63,832 nucleotides of DNA, taken from an uncultured Flavobacteriales bacterium. Lineage in GTDB: Bacteria; Bacteroidota; Bacteroidia; Flavobacteriales; Flavobacteriaceae. A model generated the notes under the pieces. The model worked only from the letters and a program-made list of their open reading frames with translations, did no database searches and was not told the DNA's origin. Location of the stretch: the NCBI GenBank assembly GCA_913031385.1, contig CAJWCT010000001.1:1-63832 (forward strand), given 5' to 3'. The position numbers were made by a program, and so were the translations under genes. Below are positions 48,968 to 58,954 of the stretch, in pieces (position 1 is the first letter of the stretch; each line of letters starts with the position of its first letter).

Positions 48968-50155
48968 TTATGAAATTACACCTGAACCAATTAATTCATT
49001 TTCTATATACCATGCAACAAACTGTCCTTTAGTAATAGAAGACTGAGGTTTATCAAATAAAACATATATTCCTTCTTTATATCTGAACAAGCTTGCTTTT
49101 TGTAATGGTTGTCTATATCTAATTCTTGCCATTATAATCATAGATTCTTTGTAAGACAATTTTAAATCTTCTCTAATCCAATGCTCCTCATTAGAATCAA
49201 CTAATAAAGCATCTCTATATAATCCAGGATGATCTTTTCCCATACCAACATATACAATATTATTTTCTACGTCAGTTTGTAAAACAAATAATGGTTTTTT
49301 AGAGCCTCCAATTCTTAATCCCTTTCTTTGACCAATAGTAAAATAAAAAGCGCCATTATGTTTGCCTACCTCTCTCCCATCACCAATTTTATAATTAATA
49401 TTCCTAAGGCCTTTTATTAACTTTTCTTTTATTGTTAAAGAAACATCAGATTTTTTTTTATACAAATCACTAGAAGAATCTATCTCTATAATTAGCCCTT
49501 CTTTAGGCTTAAGTTTCTGCATTAAAAAGTCAGGCAATTTAACTTTACCTACAAAACACAAGCCTTGTGAGTCTTTCTTTTCTGCATTAACTAGTCCAAT
49601 ATCATTTGCAATCTTACGCACATCAGTTTTTTTTAAATTTCCAATTGGAAATAAAATCCTTGATAATTGTTTTTGATTAAGTTGGCAAAGAAAATATGAT
49701 TGGTCCTTAGATTTATCAACACCAGAAATCAATTTGTGTATAATAATTTTTTCCTTCTTCTCCCTGTTAATTCTTGAATAATGTCCAGTTGCAACAAAAT
49801 CAGCTCCAAGATCCAGTGCAATTTTCATAAATATGTCAAATTTTATTTCTCTATTACAAAGAATATCTGGATTTGGTGTTCTTCCATGCTTGTATTCTCT
49901 AAACATATATTGTATTATTCTAGTATTATATTCTTTACTAAGATCGACAGTCTGAAATGGTATTTTTAAGTTTTGTGCAACTATCATTGCATCGTTACTA
50001 TCATCCAGCCATGGACATTCTTTAGAGATAGTAACGGATTCATCATGCCAATTCTTCATAAATAGTCCTATAACATGATACCCTTGTTTTTTTAATAAAT
50101 AAGCAGCAACACTAGAATCTACTCCACCTGAAAGAGCAATTACAACTTTTTTCAT
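48968..50155 (-). CDS. mnmA: tRNA 2-thiouridine(34) synthase
   Basis: PP-loop [15 protein letters not shown] and conserved Cys contexts ([17 protein letters not shown]). 395 aa. Confidence 0.95.
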   Translation of the reverse strand: MKKVVIALSGGVDSSVAAYLLKKQGYHVIGLFMKNWHDESVTISKECPWLDDSNDAMIVAQNLKIPFQTVDLSKEYNTRIIQYMFREYKHGRTPNPDILCNREIKFDIFMKIALDLGADFVATGHYSRINREKKEKIIIHKLISGVDKSKDQSYFLCQLNQKQLSRILFPIGNLKKTDVRKIANDIGLVNAEKKDSQGLCFVGKVKLPDFLMQKLKPKEGLIIEIDSSSDLYKKKSDVSLTIKEKLIKGLRNINYKIGDGREVGKHNGAFYFTIGQRKGLRIGGSKKPLFVLQTDVENNIVYVGMGKDHPGLYRDALLVDSNEEHWIREDLKLSYKESMIIMARIRYRQPLQKASLFRYKEGIYVLFDKPQSSITKGQFVAWYIENELIGSGVIS

Positions 50156-50207
50156 TTTATAAAATTACAAATAATGGATGAAGTTAACTTATTCTATTTA
50201 TGAGTCA

Positions 50208-50741
50208 TTACAGGGAGTCAACAAAAATTGATAATGAATCAATAAACTTTTTATTCAAATCTTTATTTTTTATACCTGTTTGCTGGTTAAAATTATCACT
50301 AAAATTAGGTAAAGAGAAATATGGTATCTGATTAGGATTTCCTCTAGATATTCTATTATAAGCCATTTGAAGTACAGAAGAAGCTCCTTTTAATCCTTCA
50401 GAAGTCGCCATTAAAAACATTGGCTTATTATACCATACTACTTTCTCTATTCTAGAAATCCAATCAAAAACATTCTTAAATGCAGCGGTATATGCACCAT
50501 TATGTTCAGCAAATGAAATAATAATTCCATCTGCCTCCTTAATTATTTCTTTAAAATCATAAGCTTCTTTGGGAATACCACTAAGCCTCTCTGAATCCTC
50601 GCTATAAATAGGCATTTCAAAATTGTTAAGGTCTAATATTTTTATATTAGAATTCTTTATTTGTTGAGCCGCATAAGTGGCTAACTTTTTATTTATTGAG
50701 TTTGAAGATGTACTTGCTCCAAAAGCTACAATTTTTTTCAA
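50208..50741 (-). CDS. NAD(P)H-dependent FMN reductase family oxidoreductase
   Basis: 177 aa with a flavodoxin-like N-terminus KIVAFGASTSSNSINKKL and the segment EHNGAYTAAFKN. Confidence 0.8.
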   Translation of the reverse strand: MKKIVAFGASTSSNSINKKLATYAAQQIKNSNIKILDLNNFEMPIYSEDSERLSGIPKEAYDFKEIIKEADGIIISFAEHNGAYTAAFKNVFDWISRIEKVVWYNKPMFLMATSEGLKGASSVLQMAYNRISRGNPNQIPYFSLPNFSDNFNQQTGIKNKDLNKKFIDSLSIFVDSL

Positions 50742-50759
50742 GTTGATATAGTTTTGTTG

Positions 50760-52598
50760 TTACCTATTTTTATTTCTTTTTTGTTTTTCTGCCTCCTCCA
50801 TTAACTCTTGCATTTTCCTTTGAAAACGGTTTGGTCCTTTTTGAGGCTTTGCTTTATTTACCTGAATTTTTTCGCGAATTTTTGTCTCATCTAGAATATA
50901 ATTTTTAATAACAAACATTATACTAATTGATAAAATATTTGAAATAAAATAATATAAACTTAACCCACTTGCATAATTATTAAAGAAAATTAACATAAAA
51001 ATTGGTGACACATACATCATATATTTCATCATTTTAGTCATATCTGGCATACCCTCCTGAGGCGGAGGTTGGGATGCAGTCTGTTGGCCCATTGTCATTT
51101 GCATATAAAAGAATATAGATATTGCTGCCAATATTGGGAATAAACTAACATGGTCACCATATCCCCATATCCTAAATGGCAATTCCATAATACTATCATA
51201 CGCTGATAAATCTTCCGCCCAAAGGAAACTCTTTTGGCGCAAATCAAATGCTGATGGAAAAAACATGAATAATGCATAAAACACAGGTATTTGTAATAAT
51301 GCAGGTAAGCAACCACTCATTGGACTAGCTCCAGCCTTGCTGTATAAAGACATCATCTCCTGTTGCCTTTTCATTGGGTTATCCTTGAACTGTTTATTTA
51401 GTTGTTCTACATCAGGTTTTAAAATTTTCATTTTAGCTTGAGATAAATAAGATTTATAAAGTACTGGTGCTAAAGCAAGCCTAACAAGAATAGTCATAAA
51501 AATAATTGCCAGTCCATATGGGAAGATTGAGCTAAGCCATCTAAATAGTGGAACAAAAATAGATTTATTAATAAATCCAAATATACCCCAACCAAAAGGG
51601 ATACTTTCATCTAAATCCAAATCATATTTATTAAACACTTTACCATCCGTTGGTCCAAAGTAAATTCTAAAGGATTCATTAAATTCATTATTGTTAAATG
51701 AAAATGGGATTTGTGTCATATACTGCTTTGTATATAATGTATCTATTGCTTCATCTTTAACTAAATCCCTAGAACTAATTTTAGCAGACTTAAAAGTATT
51801 ATTGGAAGGGATAAGAATTGAACTAAAAAAATGCTGTCTAAATGAAATCCAATTAATATTAGTTACTTCATCTTCATCATCTCCCATTTGAGATAATTTA
51901 TCAATTTTATTACTATCATGATAATATGTTAGTCTTGTATATCTGTTCTCATAAGTTATACTCTTAGAATTTCTAATTCCATTTAATTCCCATGAAAAAA
52001 TATAATCCTCATTATGATTTACAATATCAGTAAATCCTCTAGATTTCATACTTATATCAATAACATATTCGTCTGGTTTTATAACATATAAATATTCCAA
52101 ATATTTTTCATCAGAAACAGTTAATTTCATTGAAACAATATCATTATTACCATCATTATAGGCATGGGAAATAAAATCTTGGTTCTTTGTGCTTATTACC
52201 TTGTTATTAAAAGTTTTAAAATCAATATTAAAAGTTGAATTTCCATTATTTATTAAGAAGATAGGAGACCCATTGTAATCAATAAATTTATTCAATGCTA
52301 GCTGAGAGATCTGACCTCCTTTTTTTGAAAACTTAATATCAAAAAGATTATTTTTAATTTCAGTAATATAATCTGAATTATCTTTATCGGTAAATAGATC
52401 ATTCTTAATGTCTTCTATAGAAAAATTCTCATTAATATTTTCTTTATCTTTTGATTTTACCTCTATTTCAATCTGCTGATTTTCCTGCTCTATAATTTCG
52501 GCTTGTTCTGGTGGATTTGTCCAGACCCAAAACATCAGTAACACTCCAATAAGTATAAACCCTATAATTCCCTTAATATCAACATTATTTTCTTGCAT
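50760..52598 (-). CDS. yidC: Membrane protein insertase YidC
   Basis: N-terminal TM, a large periplasmic domain, and a conserved C-terminal 5-TM core (..GLAIIFMTILVRLALAPL.., MSGCLPALLQIPVFYALF). ATG 52598 is chosen (track residue 39). The track extension overlaps pyrG. Confidence 0.93.
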   Translation of the reverse strand: MQENNVDIKGIIGFILIGVLLMFWVWTNPPEQAEIIEQENQQIEIEVKSKDKENINENFSIEDIKNDLFTDKDNSDYITEIKNNLFDIKFSKKGGQISQLALNKFIDYNGSPIFLINNGNSTFNIDFKTFNNKVISTKNQDFISHAYNDGNNDIVSMKLTVSDEKYLEYLYVIKPDEYVIDISMKSRGFTDIVNHNEDYIFSWELNGIRNSKSITYENRYTRLTYYHDSNKIDKLSQMGDDEDEVTNINWISFRQHFFSSILIPSNNTFKSAKISSRDLVKDEAIDTLYTKQYMTQIPFSFNNNEFNESFRIYFGPTDGKVFNKYDLDLDESIPFGWGIFGFINKSIFVPLFRWLSSIFPYGLAIIFMTILVRLALAPVLYKSYLSQAKMKILKPDVEQLNKQFKDNPMKRQQEMMSLYSKAGASPMSGCLPALLQIPVFYALFMFFPSAFDLRQKSFLWAEDLSAYDSIMELPFRIWGYGDHVSLFPILAAISIFFYMQMTMGQQTASQPPPQEGMPDMTKMMKYMMYVSPIFMLIFFNNYASGLSLYYFISNILSISIMFVIKNYILDETKIREKIQVNKAKPQKGPNRFQRKMQELMEEAEKQKRNKNR

Positions 52599-52608
52599 AT
52601 TATTCAGA

Positions 52609-54222
52609 TTAATTATTAGAATGTTTTGTAGCTGCTGCAATAAATGAAACAAATAGAGGATGAGGTGATAGAACTGTACTTTTGTATTCAGGATGGAATT
52701 GAACTCCCACAAACCATGGATGATTTGTTAATTCTATTATCTCAACTAGCCCAGTATCACTATTAATACCTGTAGCAAGCATACCATTTTCTTCTATATC
52801 CTTAAAATACTCACCATTGAATTCATATCTATGCCTATGTCTTTCATGAATAATATCACAATTATAAATTTTAGATACAAGGCTGTTTTTCTTTAGTTTA
52901 CATTCCCATGATCCAAGTCTCATAGTTCCGCCCTTATTAATAATGTTTTTTTGATCATCCATTAAGTCTATTACGGGATATTTAGTTTTTAAATCCATTT
53001 CAGTTGAATTAGCATCTTCAAGTTTTAATATATTTCTAGAAAATTCTATAACGGCCATTTGCATACCTAGACATATTCCAAAAAATGGGATATTATTTAA
53101 TCTAACGTGCTTAATCGCTTCAATTTTACCTTCAATACCTCTTCCTCCAAACCCCGGAGCAACTAAAACTCCATTAAAATTTTCTAGTTTTACAGCTATA
53201 TTATCTTTGTTTATATATTCAGAATGTATTGCAGTTACTTCTACTCTAACCTCATTAACTGCTCCTGAATGTATAAAAGATTCTAAAATTGACTTGTAAG
53301 AATCCTGCAATTCTACATATTTACCAATCAAGGCAATTCTTATAACTCCTTTTGGATGCTTGTATTTTTTTAAAAATTGATTCCAAGATTTTAAATCAGG
53401 CTTTGAAGATTTTAACCCTAATTTCTTTAAAACCACCTTATCTAATCCCTCACTTAACATATGATTAGGAACATCATATATTGTTTTAACATCCAAAGAT
53501 TGAATTACAGAATCAGTGTCAACATTACAAAATCTTGCTAACTTATTTCTTATACTATCATTTATTTCATGTTCAGTCCTACAAACTAAAACATCTGCTT
53601 GTACTCCACTTTCCATTAATGTTTTAACACTATGCTGAGTTGGTTTTGTTTTTAGTTCCTTAGCTGCTGAAAGATAAGGGATCAAGGTCAAATGAATAGC
53701 CACTACATTATTCTCACCCATTTCCCATTTCATCTGTCTTAAAGATTCTATATATGGTAAGGATTCAATATCGCCAACAGTTCCTCCAATCTCTGTTATA
53801 ATTATATCATATTTATTATTACTAGCTAGATATTGAATGCTCTCTTTAATTTCATCAGTTATATGAGGAATTACTTGTACAGTTTTTCCTAAATATTCAC
53901 CCTTTCTTTCTTTATTAATTACACTTTGATATATCCTTCCAGTTGTAATATTATTTGCCTGTGAAGTTGCTACATTTAAAAACCTCTCATAATGACCTAA
54001 ATCTAAATCTGTTTCTGCCCCATCATTTGTAACATAACACTCTCCATGTTCATACGGATTCAGAGTGCCAGGATCTACGTTGATGTATGGGTCTAATTTC
54101 TGAATTGTAACTCTATAACCTTGAGCCTGAAGTAACTTGGCAAGAGATGCCGCGACTATTCCTTTACCTAATGAAGAAGAAACACCGCCTGTAACAAAAA
54201 TAAATTTAGTGTTATATGACAT
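52609..54222 (-). CDS. pyrG: CTP synthase
   Basis: Motifs GGVSSSLGKG and GICLGMQ (amidotransferase Cys), plus the HRHRYE region. 537 aa. Confidence 0.97.
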   Translation of the reverse strand: MSYNTKFIFVTGGVSSSLGKGIVAASLAKLLQAQGYRVTIQKLDPYINVDPGTLNPYEHGECYVTNDGAETDLDLGHYERFLNVATSQANNITTGRIYQSVINKERKGEYLGKTVQVIPHITDEIKESIQYLASNNKYDIIITEIGGTVGDIESLPYIESLRQMKWEMGENNVVAIHLTLIPYLSAAKELKTKPTQHSVKTLMESGVQADVLVCRTEHEINDSIRNKLARFCNVDTDSVIQSLDVKTIYDVPNHMLSEGLDKVVLKKLGLKSSKPDLKSWNQFLKKYKHPKGVIRIALIGKYVELQDSYKSILESFIHSGAVNEVRVEVTAIHSEYINKDNIAVKLENFNGVLVAPGFGGRGIEGKIEAIKHVRLNNIPFFGICLGMQMAVIEFSRNILKLEDANSTEMDLKTKYPVIDLMDDQKNIINKGGTMRLGSWECKLKKNSLVSKIYNCDIIHERHRHRYEFNGEYFKDIEENGMLATGINSDTGLVEIIELTNHPWFVGVQFHPEYKSTVLSPHPLFVSFIAAATKHSNN

Positions 54223-54241
54223 TGTGCGTTATAAACGCAAA

Positions 54242-54249
54242 CAAATTTA
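54242..54249 (-). promoter_or_regulatory. Candidate -7 promoter box (TAAATTTG on minus strand) for pyrG
   Basis: Exact TAnnTTTG match 19 nt upstream of the pyrG ATG. Confidence 0.3.
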
Positions 54250-54314
54250 ATGAATTTGATTAAATATATTTGTAAATATCAAGAATCATTTAAAAAAGAT
54301 ATAGAGATAGCATA

Positions 54315-55715
54315 TTATTCAATTTCTACCAACTTTAAATCCTCAAATTTCATTATATAAGCCGAACTATTATTATATGCTCCATTTTTGTCCTTAACAT
54401 ATTTGAACTTATTTTCTATATATTCTGATTCAACCAAGTTTAAGTTATTATTATCTAATTCTCCACAACTTAATCTAATTAATAAGTCTAGAACTAAATC
54501 ATGACCTCTTATAGCATACTTTGTTGGAAAAGAATTATACCTAGAGCTGTATTTTTTTATGAATTGATCATTATCATTATCTCTAATTGATCTATTTATA
54601 GAAGGATAATGAAAATTTAAGTTTGACATATTGTAATTAGAGATGTTAACTCCTTCAAAAGCTCTATTCTTATTTGTAGTTGTCAAAATTATTTCTGTTG
54701 AATCATTCACAAATGAGTTTAAGATACTTGTTATATTAGAAACAAAACCTTGGTCCTTAGTCTCCAAAAATACTATATTTCTGCTTTTAACAAATGTTGA
54801 ATCTAAGCTGTCATAAACCATTGTTCTCGTGTCAATTCCAGAATCATTAATTCTAGAAAAAAATTGATGTGCATCTGGAAATATTTTCTTTATTTTATCA
54901 CTAATTATCTTATTATAAGAATCAGCAATTATAAATTTTTGTGAAGGAACTGTATCACTCTCAACAAATGATATTATCTTATTAAATAATAAGTCATCAC
55001 TAGGTATTGTATGTATAACATTACCATTCTCTAAATCAGTCTTACTTAGAGGGGAAACAATTTTTACATTGGAATTGCTTATTGATTTTGAAACATACTT
55101 AAAAGCATTTGAAGTTAAGGGACCAATTACTAAATCATAGGAAGAAAAATCATTTTTTTTAATTAATTCATGAATTATATTCCTATCTGCACCTGTATCA
55201 AAAATTTTAACTTCAACATCAATTCCAAATTTTGAAAATGAATCAACTGCCATTTCAATTCCAAACAGAAAATCAAGTGATATATTTAAAAGCTTATCAT
55301 TTTTGATAATTTCTTTTGAATCCTCTATAGAATCAAAATTTATATTTTTAGTTCTAAATGGTAACATAACTGCGATCTTCTTTTTTTTATAATCAGTAAT
55401 GTTTCCAATTAAAGATTCGTAATTTAAATTAGTTTCACTCTTAATTATGTTTTGAGTTTCAGGTATGTTTAATTCTTCTTTACTTTCATTAAATATTCTA
55501 GGAATCTTTAGTTTAACGCCTTTTTTTATTTCTGTGTTTGGATTAAATTCTAAAATAATATTTACATCAACATCATAAATCATTGCAATTTTCTCTATAT
55601 CTTGATTTTTTCTAACCTTATGAATTATAAAGTCTGTTTGTGATTGAGTATAATTCACAAACATAAATACAATTAAAAAGAAAAATATTCCCTTATTTAA
55701 ATTTCTTATTCCCAT
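54315..55715 (-). CDS. LysM domain-containing periplasmic-binding-protein-like protein
   Basis: Signal/TM N-terminus and a LysM segment ([28 protein letters not shown]...GVKLKIP), followed by a type-1 PBP-like region. The start overlaps the guaA 3' end by 10 nt. Confidence 0.65.
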   Translation of the reverse strand: MGIRNLNKGIFFFLIVFMFVNYTQSQTDFIIHKVRKNQDIEKIAMIYDVDVNIILEFNPNTEIKKGVKLKIPRIFNESKEELNIPETQNIIKSETNLNYESLIGNITDYKKKKIAVMLPFRTKNINFDSIEDSKEIIKNDKLLNISLDFLFGIEMAVDSFSKFGIDVEVKIFDTGADRNIIHELIKKNDFSSYDLVIGPLTSNAFKYVSKSISNSNVKIVSPLSKTDLENGNVIHTIPSDDLLFNKIISFVESDTVPSQKFIIADSYNKIISDKIKKIFPDAHQFFSRINDSGIDTRTMVYDSLDSTFVKSRNIVFLETKDQGFVSNITSILNSFVNDSTEIILTTTNKNRAFEGVNISNYNMSNLNFHYPSINRSIRDNDNDQFIKKYSSRYNSFPTKYAIRGHDLVLDLLIRLSCGELDNNNLNLVESEYIENKFKYVKDKNGAYNNSSAYIMKFEDLKLVEIE

Positions 55716-57238
55716 TCTATAGTTGCTGGTGGTTTTGAGCTTATATCGTAAACAACTCTGTTTACACCTTTAACCCTGTTAATTATTTTATTTGAAACAT
55801 TTTGAAGAAAATCATAAGGCAAATTAACCCAATCTGCAGTCATTCCATCAGTACTTTCAACGGCTCTTAAAACAACACATCTTTCATAAGTTCTCTCATC
55901 TCCCATTACTCCTACACTTTTTATAGGCAATAACATAGCTCCAGCCTGCCAAACCTTGTCATATAATCCTTCTTGTTTTAATGAATTAATAAAAATGCTA
56001 TCAACTTCTTGTAATATTTTAACTTTTTCAGGATCTATCTCACCTAAAATTCTAATTCCAAGTCCTGGCCCTGGAAAAGGATGTCTTCCTAATATTTCTG
56101 GATTAATCTTTAAATGATAACCTACCCTTCTCACCTCATCCTTAAATAATAATTTTAATGGTTCTACAACTTTTAATTTCATATAGCTTGGCAGTCCTCC
56201 AACATTATGATGGCTTTTAATAGTAGCTGAAGGGCCTCCAGTAGCTGATATACTTTCAATAACATCAGGATAAATTGTTCCCTGAGCTAACCATTTAACA
56301 TTTTTAATTTTTTTAGACTCAAAATTAAAAGCATCAATGAACGCCTTACCTATTTTTTTCCTCTTTAATTCAGGGTCTTCTATACCTCTTAAAGCCTGAT
56401 AAAATTTAGAGGAATAATCTATGCCTTTAACATTTAGATTCATTCCATTATATTGATCTAGAACATCTTCAAATTCATTTTTTCTTAAAAGACCATTGTT
56501 TACAAAAATGCAATGCAAATTATCTCCAATTGCTCTGTTTAATAATACTGCAGCTACAGTTGAATCGACTCCACCAGATAAACCCAAAATTACTTTATCA
56601 GTTTTAAGCTCAGATTTAAGAAATGAGACTGTTTGATCAATAAATGAGTCAGGTGTCCAATCCTGTTTTAATTTTGAAATTTTTAAAAGAAAATTTTCTA
56701 ATATTTTTTTTCCATCTATTGTATGATAGACTTCAGGATGAAATTGAAGTCCATAAATATCTTTATCATTAATTCTAAATGCCGCATTTTCAACATCGGA
56801 AGTACTTGCTAACAAAGTAGAATTATTTGGAAGGTTTTTAATTGTATCCCCATGACTCATCCAAACTTGACTTCCCTTGCTAATATTATCAAATATGCAA
56901 TTATCATTGCTAATATAATCCAAGTTTGCTCTGCCATATTCTCTAATATTGGAAGGTAAAACTAAACCTCCTTTTTCCTTTGCTAGCAACTGAGCTCCAT
57001 AACAAACTGCAAGAACTGGTTTGCTATTTATTATTGCATCAAAGTCTATCATAGGTGCATTTTTATCTCTTACAGAAAATGGGCTTCCTGACAAAATTAT
57101 TGCTTTATATCTATTTAAGTCTGAAGGGATTTTATTAAATGGATGTATTTCAGAATATATATTTAGCTCTCTTACTCTTCTAGCAATCAATTGAGTATAC
57201 TGAGATCCAAAATCAACAATCAATACATTATTTCCCAT
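55706..57238 (-). CDS. guaA: GMP synthase (glutamine-hydrolysing)
   Basis: GATase Cys (AVCYGAQLL), PP-loop [20 protein letters not shown], and the canonical C-terminus PPATIEWE. Confidence 0.97.
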   Translation of the reverse strand: MGNNVLIVDFGSQYTQLIARRVRELNIYSEIHPFNKIPSDLNRYKAIILSGSPFSVRDKNAPMIDFDAIINSKPVLAVCYGAQLLAKEKGGLVLPSNIREYGRANLDYISNDNCIFDNISKGSQVWMSHGDTIKNLPNNSTLLASTSDVENAAFRINDKDIYGLQFHPEVYHTIDGKKILENFLLKISKLKQDWTPDSFIDQTVSFLKSELKTDKVILGLSGGVDSTVAAVLLNRAIGDNLHCIFVNNGLLRKNEFEDVLDQYNGMNLNVKGIDYSSKFYQALRGIEDPELKRKKIGKAFIDAFNFESKKIKNVKWLAQGTIYPDVIESISATGGPSATIKSHHNVGGLPSYMKLKVVEPLKLLFKDEVRRVGYHLKINPEILGRHPFPGPGLGIRILGEIDPEKVKILQEVDSIFINSLKQEGLYDKVWQAGAMLLPIKSVGVMGDERTYERCVVLRAVESTDGMTADWVNLPYDFLQNVSNKIINRVKGVNRVVYDISSKPPATIEWE

Positions 57239-57290
57239 GTGTAAAAATAGAAATAGATTTTATAAAATAAAAAGAATAAAATTATAATAT

Positions 57291-58889
57291 TTAGCTAATT
57301 TCAATTACTGAAAATCTCTTGTTTAAAGGCTTAATATTTTTCTTTAATATATCTATAATTTTATATCCGTATTCACAATAATATTCTGAAAAATTGGCTG
57401 TTCTTTCTTGTAAAGTGTCATTCGGAAATAATTCTTTCCTTAATTCTGTAATTCTTGATATTTCATCTGAAAACTTTTTCTTTTGAGCATTTAATAGCTT
57501 TTTTTCCAAATTATCAATTCCATCTAATTGTTTTTTCTCCTGCGCCTTAACTGCTCCTGTAAAAGAATAATCTGTTTTGGATGCAATATCAAATAAATAT
57601 TTAAACTGATTCTTTAGAATATTCTTTAATTCTGAAAAATCTATATTCAATTCTGAAAATTCATTAGTTTTTATTGTTGTTAATTTATTTATGTCTAAAA
57701 AAATATCTTTAATATCGATATTTAATGTTTTTAATTTTTTTATCTCCCTGGAAGAAATTAATAAAATAGAATTTCTGTTTAATAAAATTGGGAAAGTTAT
57801 TTTAAAACTCTCAAAAGATTTTTTTAGTTGAAGCCAATAAGCGATCTCTGCTGGTCCACCAATATAGCATAAATTTGGCAACAAATATTCTTGATAAATT
57901 GTTCTAAATAAAACATTTGGCGAAAATTTTTCAGGATTATTTTCAATTGAATCTACAATATTTTTTTGTTCTAATTTATTTTTACTTCCTTCAATCAAGA
58001 AATGATTCTTTTTCTTTATAATTCTTTTTCTTTCATTCTTTTCAATATAAAATAAGTTAACATCTCTAGTATGTGCTTGAACTTTATAATCTAATTTCTC
58101 TAACTTTTTTAGAGTTGATAAAGATGATTTTTTTATAGAGCTATCCTTAACCTCCTTCTTTAGAAAATCTCTGAAGGATTTTTTTAAATCTTTATGATTT
58201 GCATCGATAATTAATAAGTTATATTTTCTAAATAACAAATGAACAAAATTTCTTGTAGCATCTGATAAACAATCAGATTTTAAATATGTATTTTTAAACA
58301 AACTAATTAATTCATTTGAATTTTTATTATCTGGAAAAATTCTTTTTAATTCATCTATGACTGTATTTAATTCACCGGTTAAAAATTCACCAACAACTCC
58401 TGTCTGATCACTCCCCCATTCAATTTTGGAGTTTTCAAAGTTAAAATGGTTAATCTCTTTAAAATCATGATCTTCAGTTGCCATCCAGTAAACAGGTATG
58501 AAATTAAATTTTGGATACTTCTGGGTTAATTCATCACATAAATTTATTGTAGTAAGTATTTTATAAAGAAAATAAATAGGGCCTGTAAACAAATTTAACT
58601 GATGACCAGTTGTTACAGTAAATGTGTTTTTTTCCTTAATTGATTCTAGCATTGAGTTAAATTCATTAGAACAATTAATCTCTTTATACTGCTGTTTAAT
58701 TACATCATATAGGATTTCTCTATTTTTATCTCTGTATTCTGATTTCTTCTGGTCAATTTGTTTTTTGAAATTATCAATCGAAGGATATAAATTATAAAAG
58801 CTTTTTAGTTTTGGATCATTATTCATATAATCACAAAAAAGTGGGCTAAAATATGATGTTTCTTTATAATTGATTTCTTTTACTACCAT
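57291..58889 (-). CDS. bshC: Bacillithiol biosynthesis cysteine-adding enzyme BshC
   Basis: 532 aa with a family-typical N-terminus (..YKETSYFSPLFCDYMNNDPKLKSFYNLYPSIDNFKKQI..) and the core GGPAEIAYWLQL. Confidence 0.8.
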   Translation of the reverse strand: MVVKEINYKETSYFSPLFCDYMNNDPKLKSFYNLYPSIDNFKKQIDQKKSEYRDKNREILYDVIKQQYKEINCSNEFNSMLESIKEKNTFTVTTGHQLNLFTGPIYFLYKILTTINLCDELTQKYPKFNFIPVYWMATEDHDFKEINHFNFENSKIEWGSDQTGVVGEFLTGELNTVIDELKRIFPDNKNSNELISLFKNTYLKSDCLSDATRNFVHLLFRKYNLLIIDANHKDLKKSFRDFLKKEVKDSSIKKSSLSTLKKLEKLDYKVQAHTRDVNLFYIEKNERKRIIKKKNHFLIEGSKNKLEQKNIVDSIENNPEKFSPNVLFRTIYQEYLLPNLCYIGGPAEIAYWLQLKKSFESFKITFPILLNRNSILLISSREIKKLKTLNIDIKDIFLDINKLTTIKTNEFSELNIDFSELKNILKNQFKYLFDIASKTDYSFTGAVKAQEKKQLDGIDNLEKKLLNAQKKKFSDEISRITELRKELFPNDTLQERTANFSEYYCEYGYKIIDILKKNIKPLNKRFSVIEIS

Positions 58890-58919
58890 ATATAAAGTAA
58901 ATATAATTAGTTTTCTTTA

Positions 58920-58927
58920 TATATTTG
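58920..58927 (+). promoter_or_regulatory. Candidate -7 promoter box (TATATTTG) for the M14 peptidase gene
   Basis: Exact TAnnTTTG match 27 nt upstream of the ATG at 58955. Confidence 0.3.
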
Positions 58928-58954
58928 TTTCCTTGACTAAAACTAAACATACTT

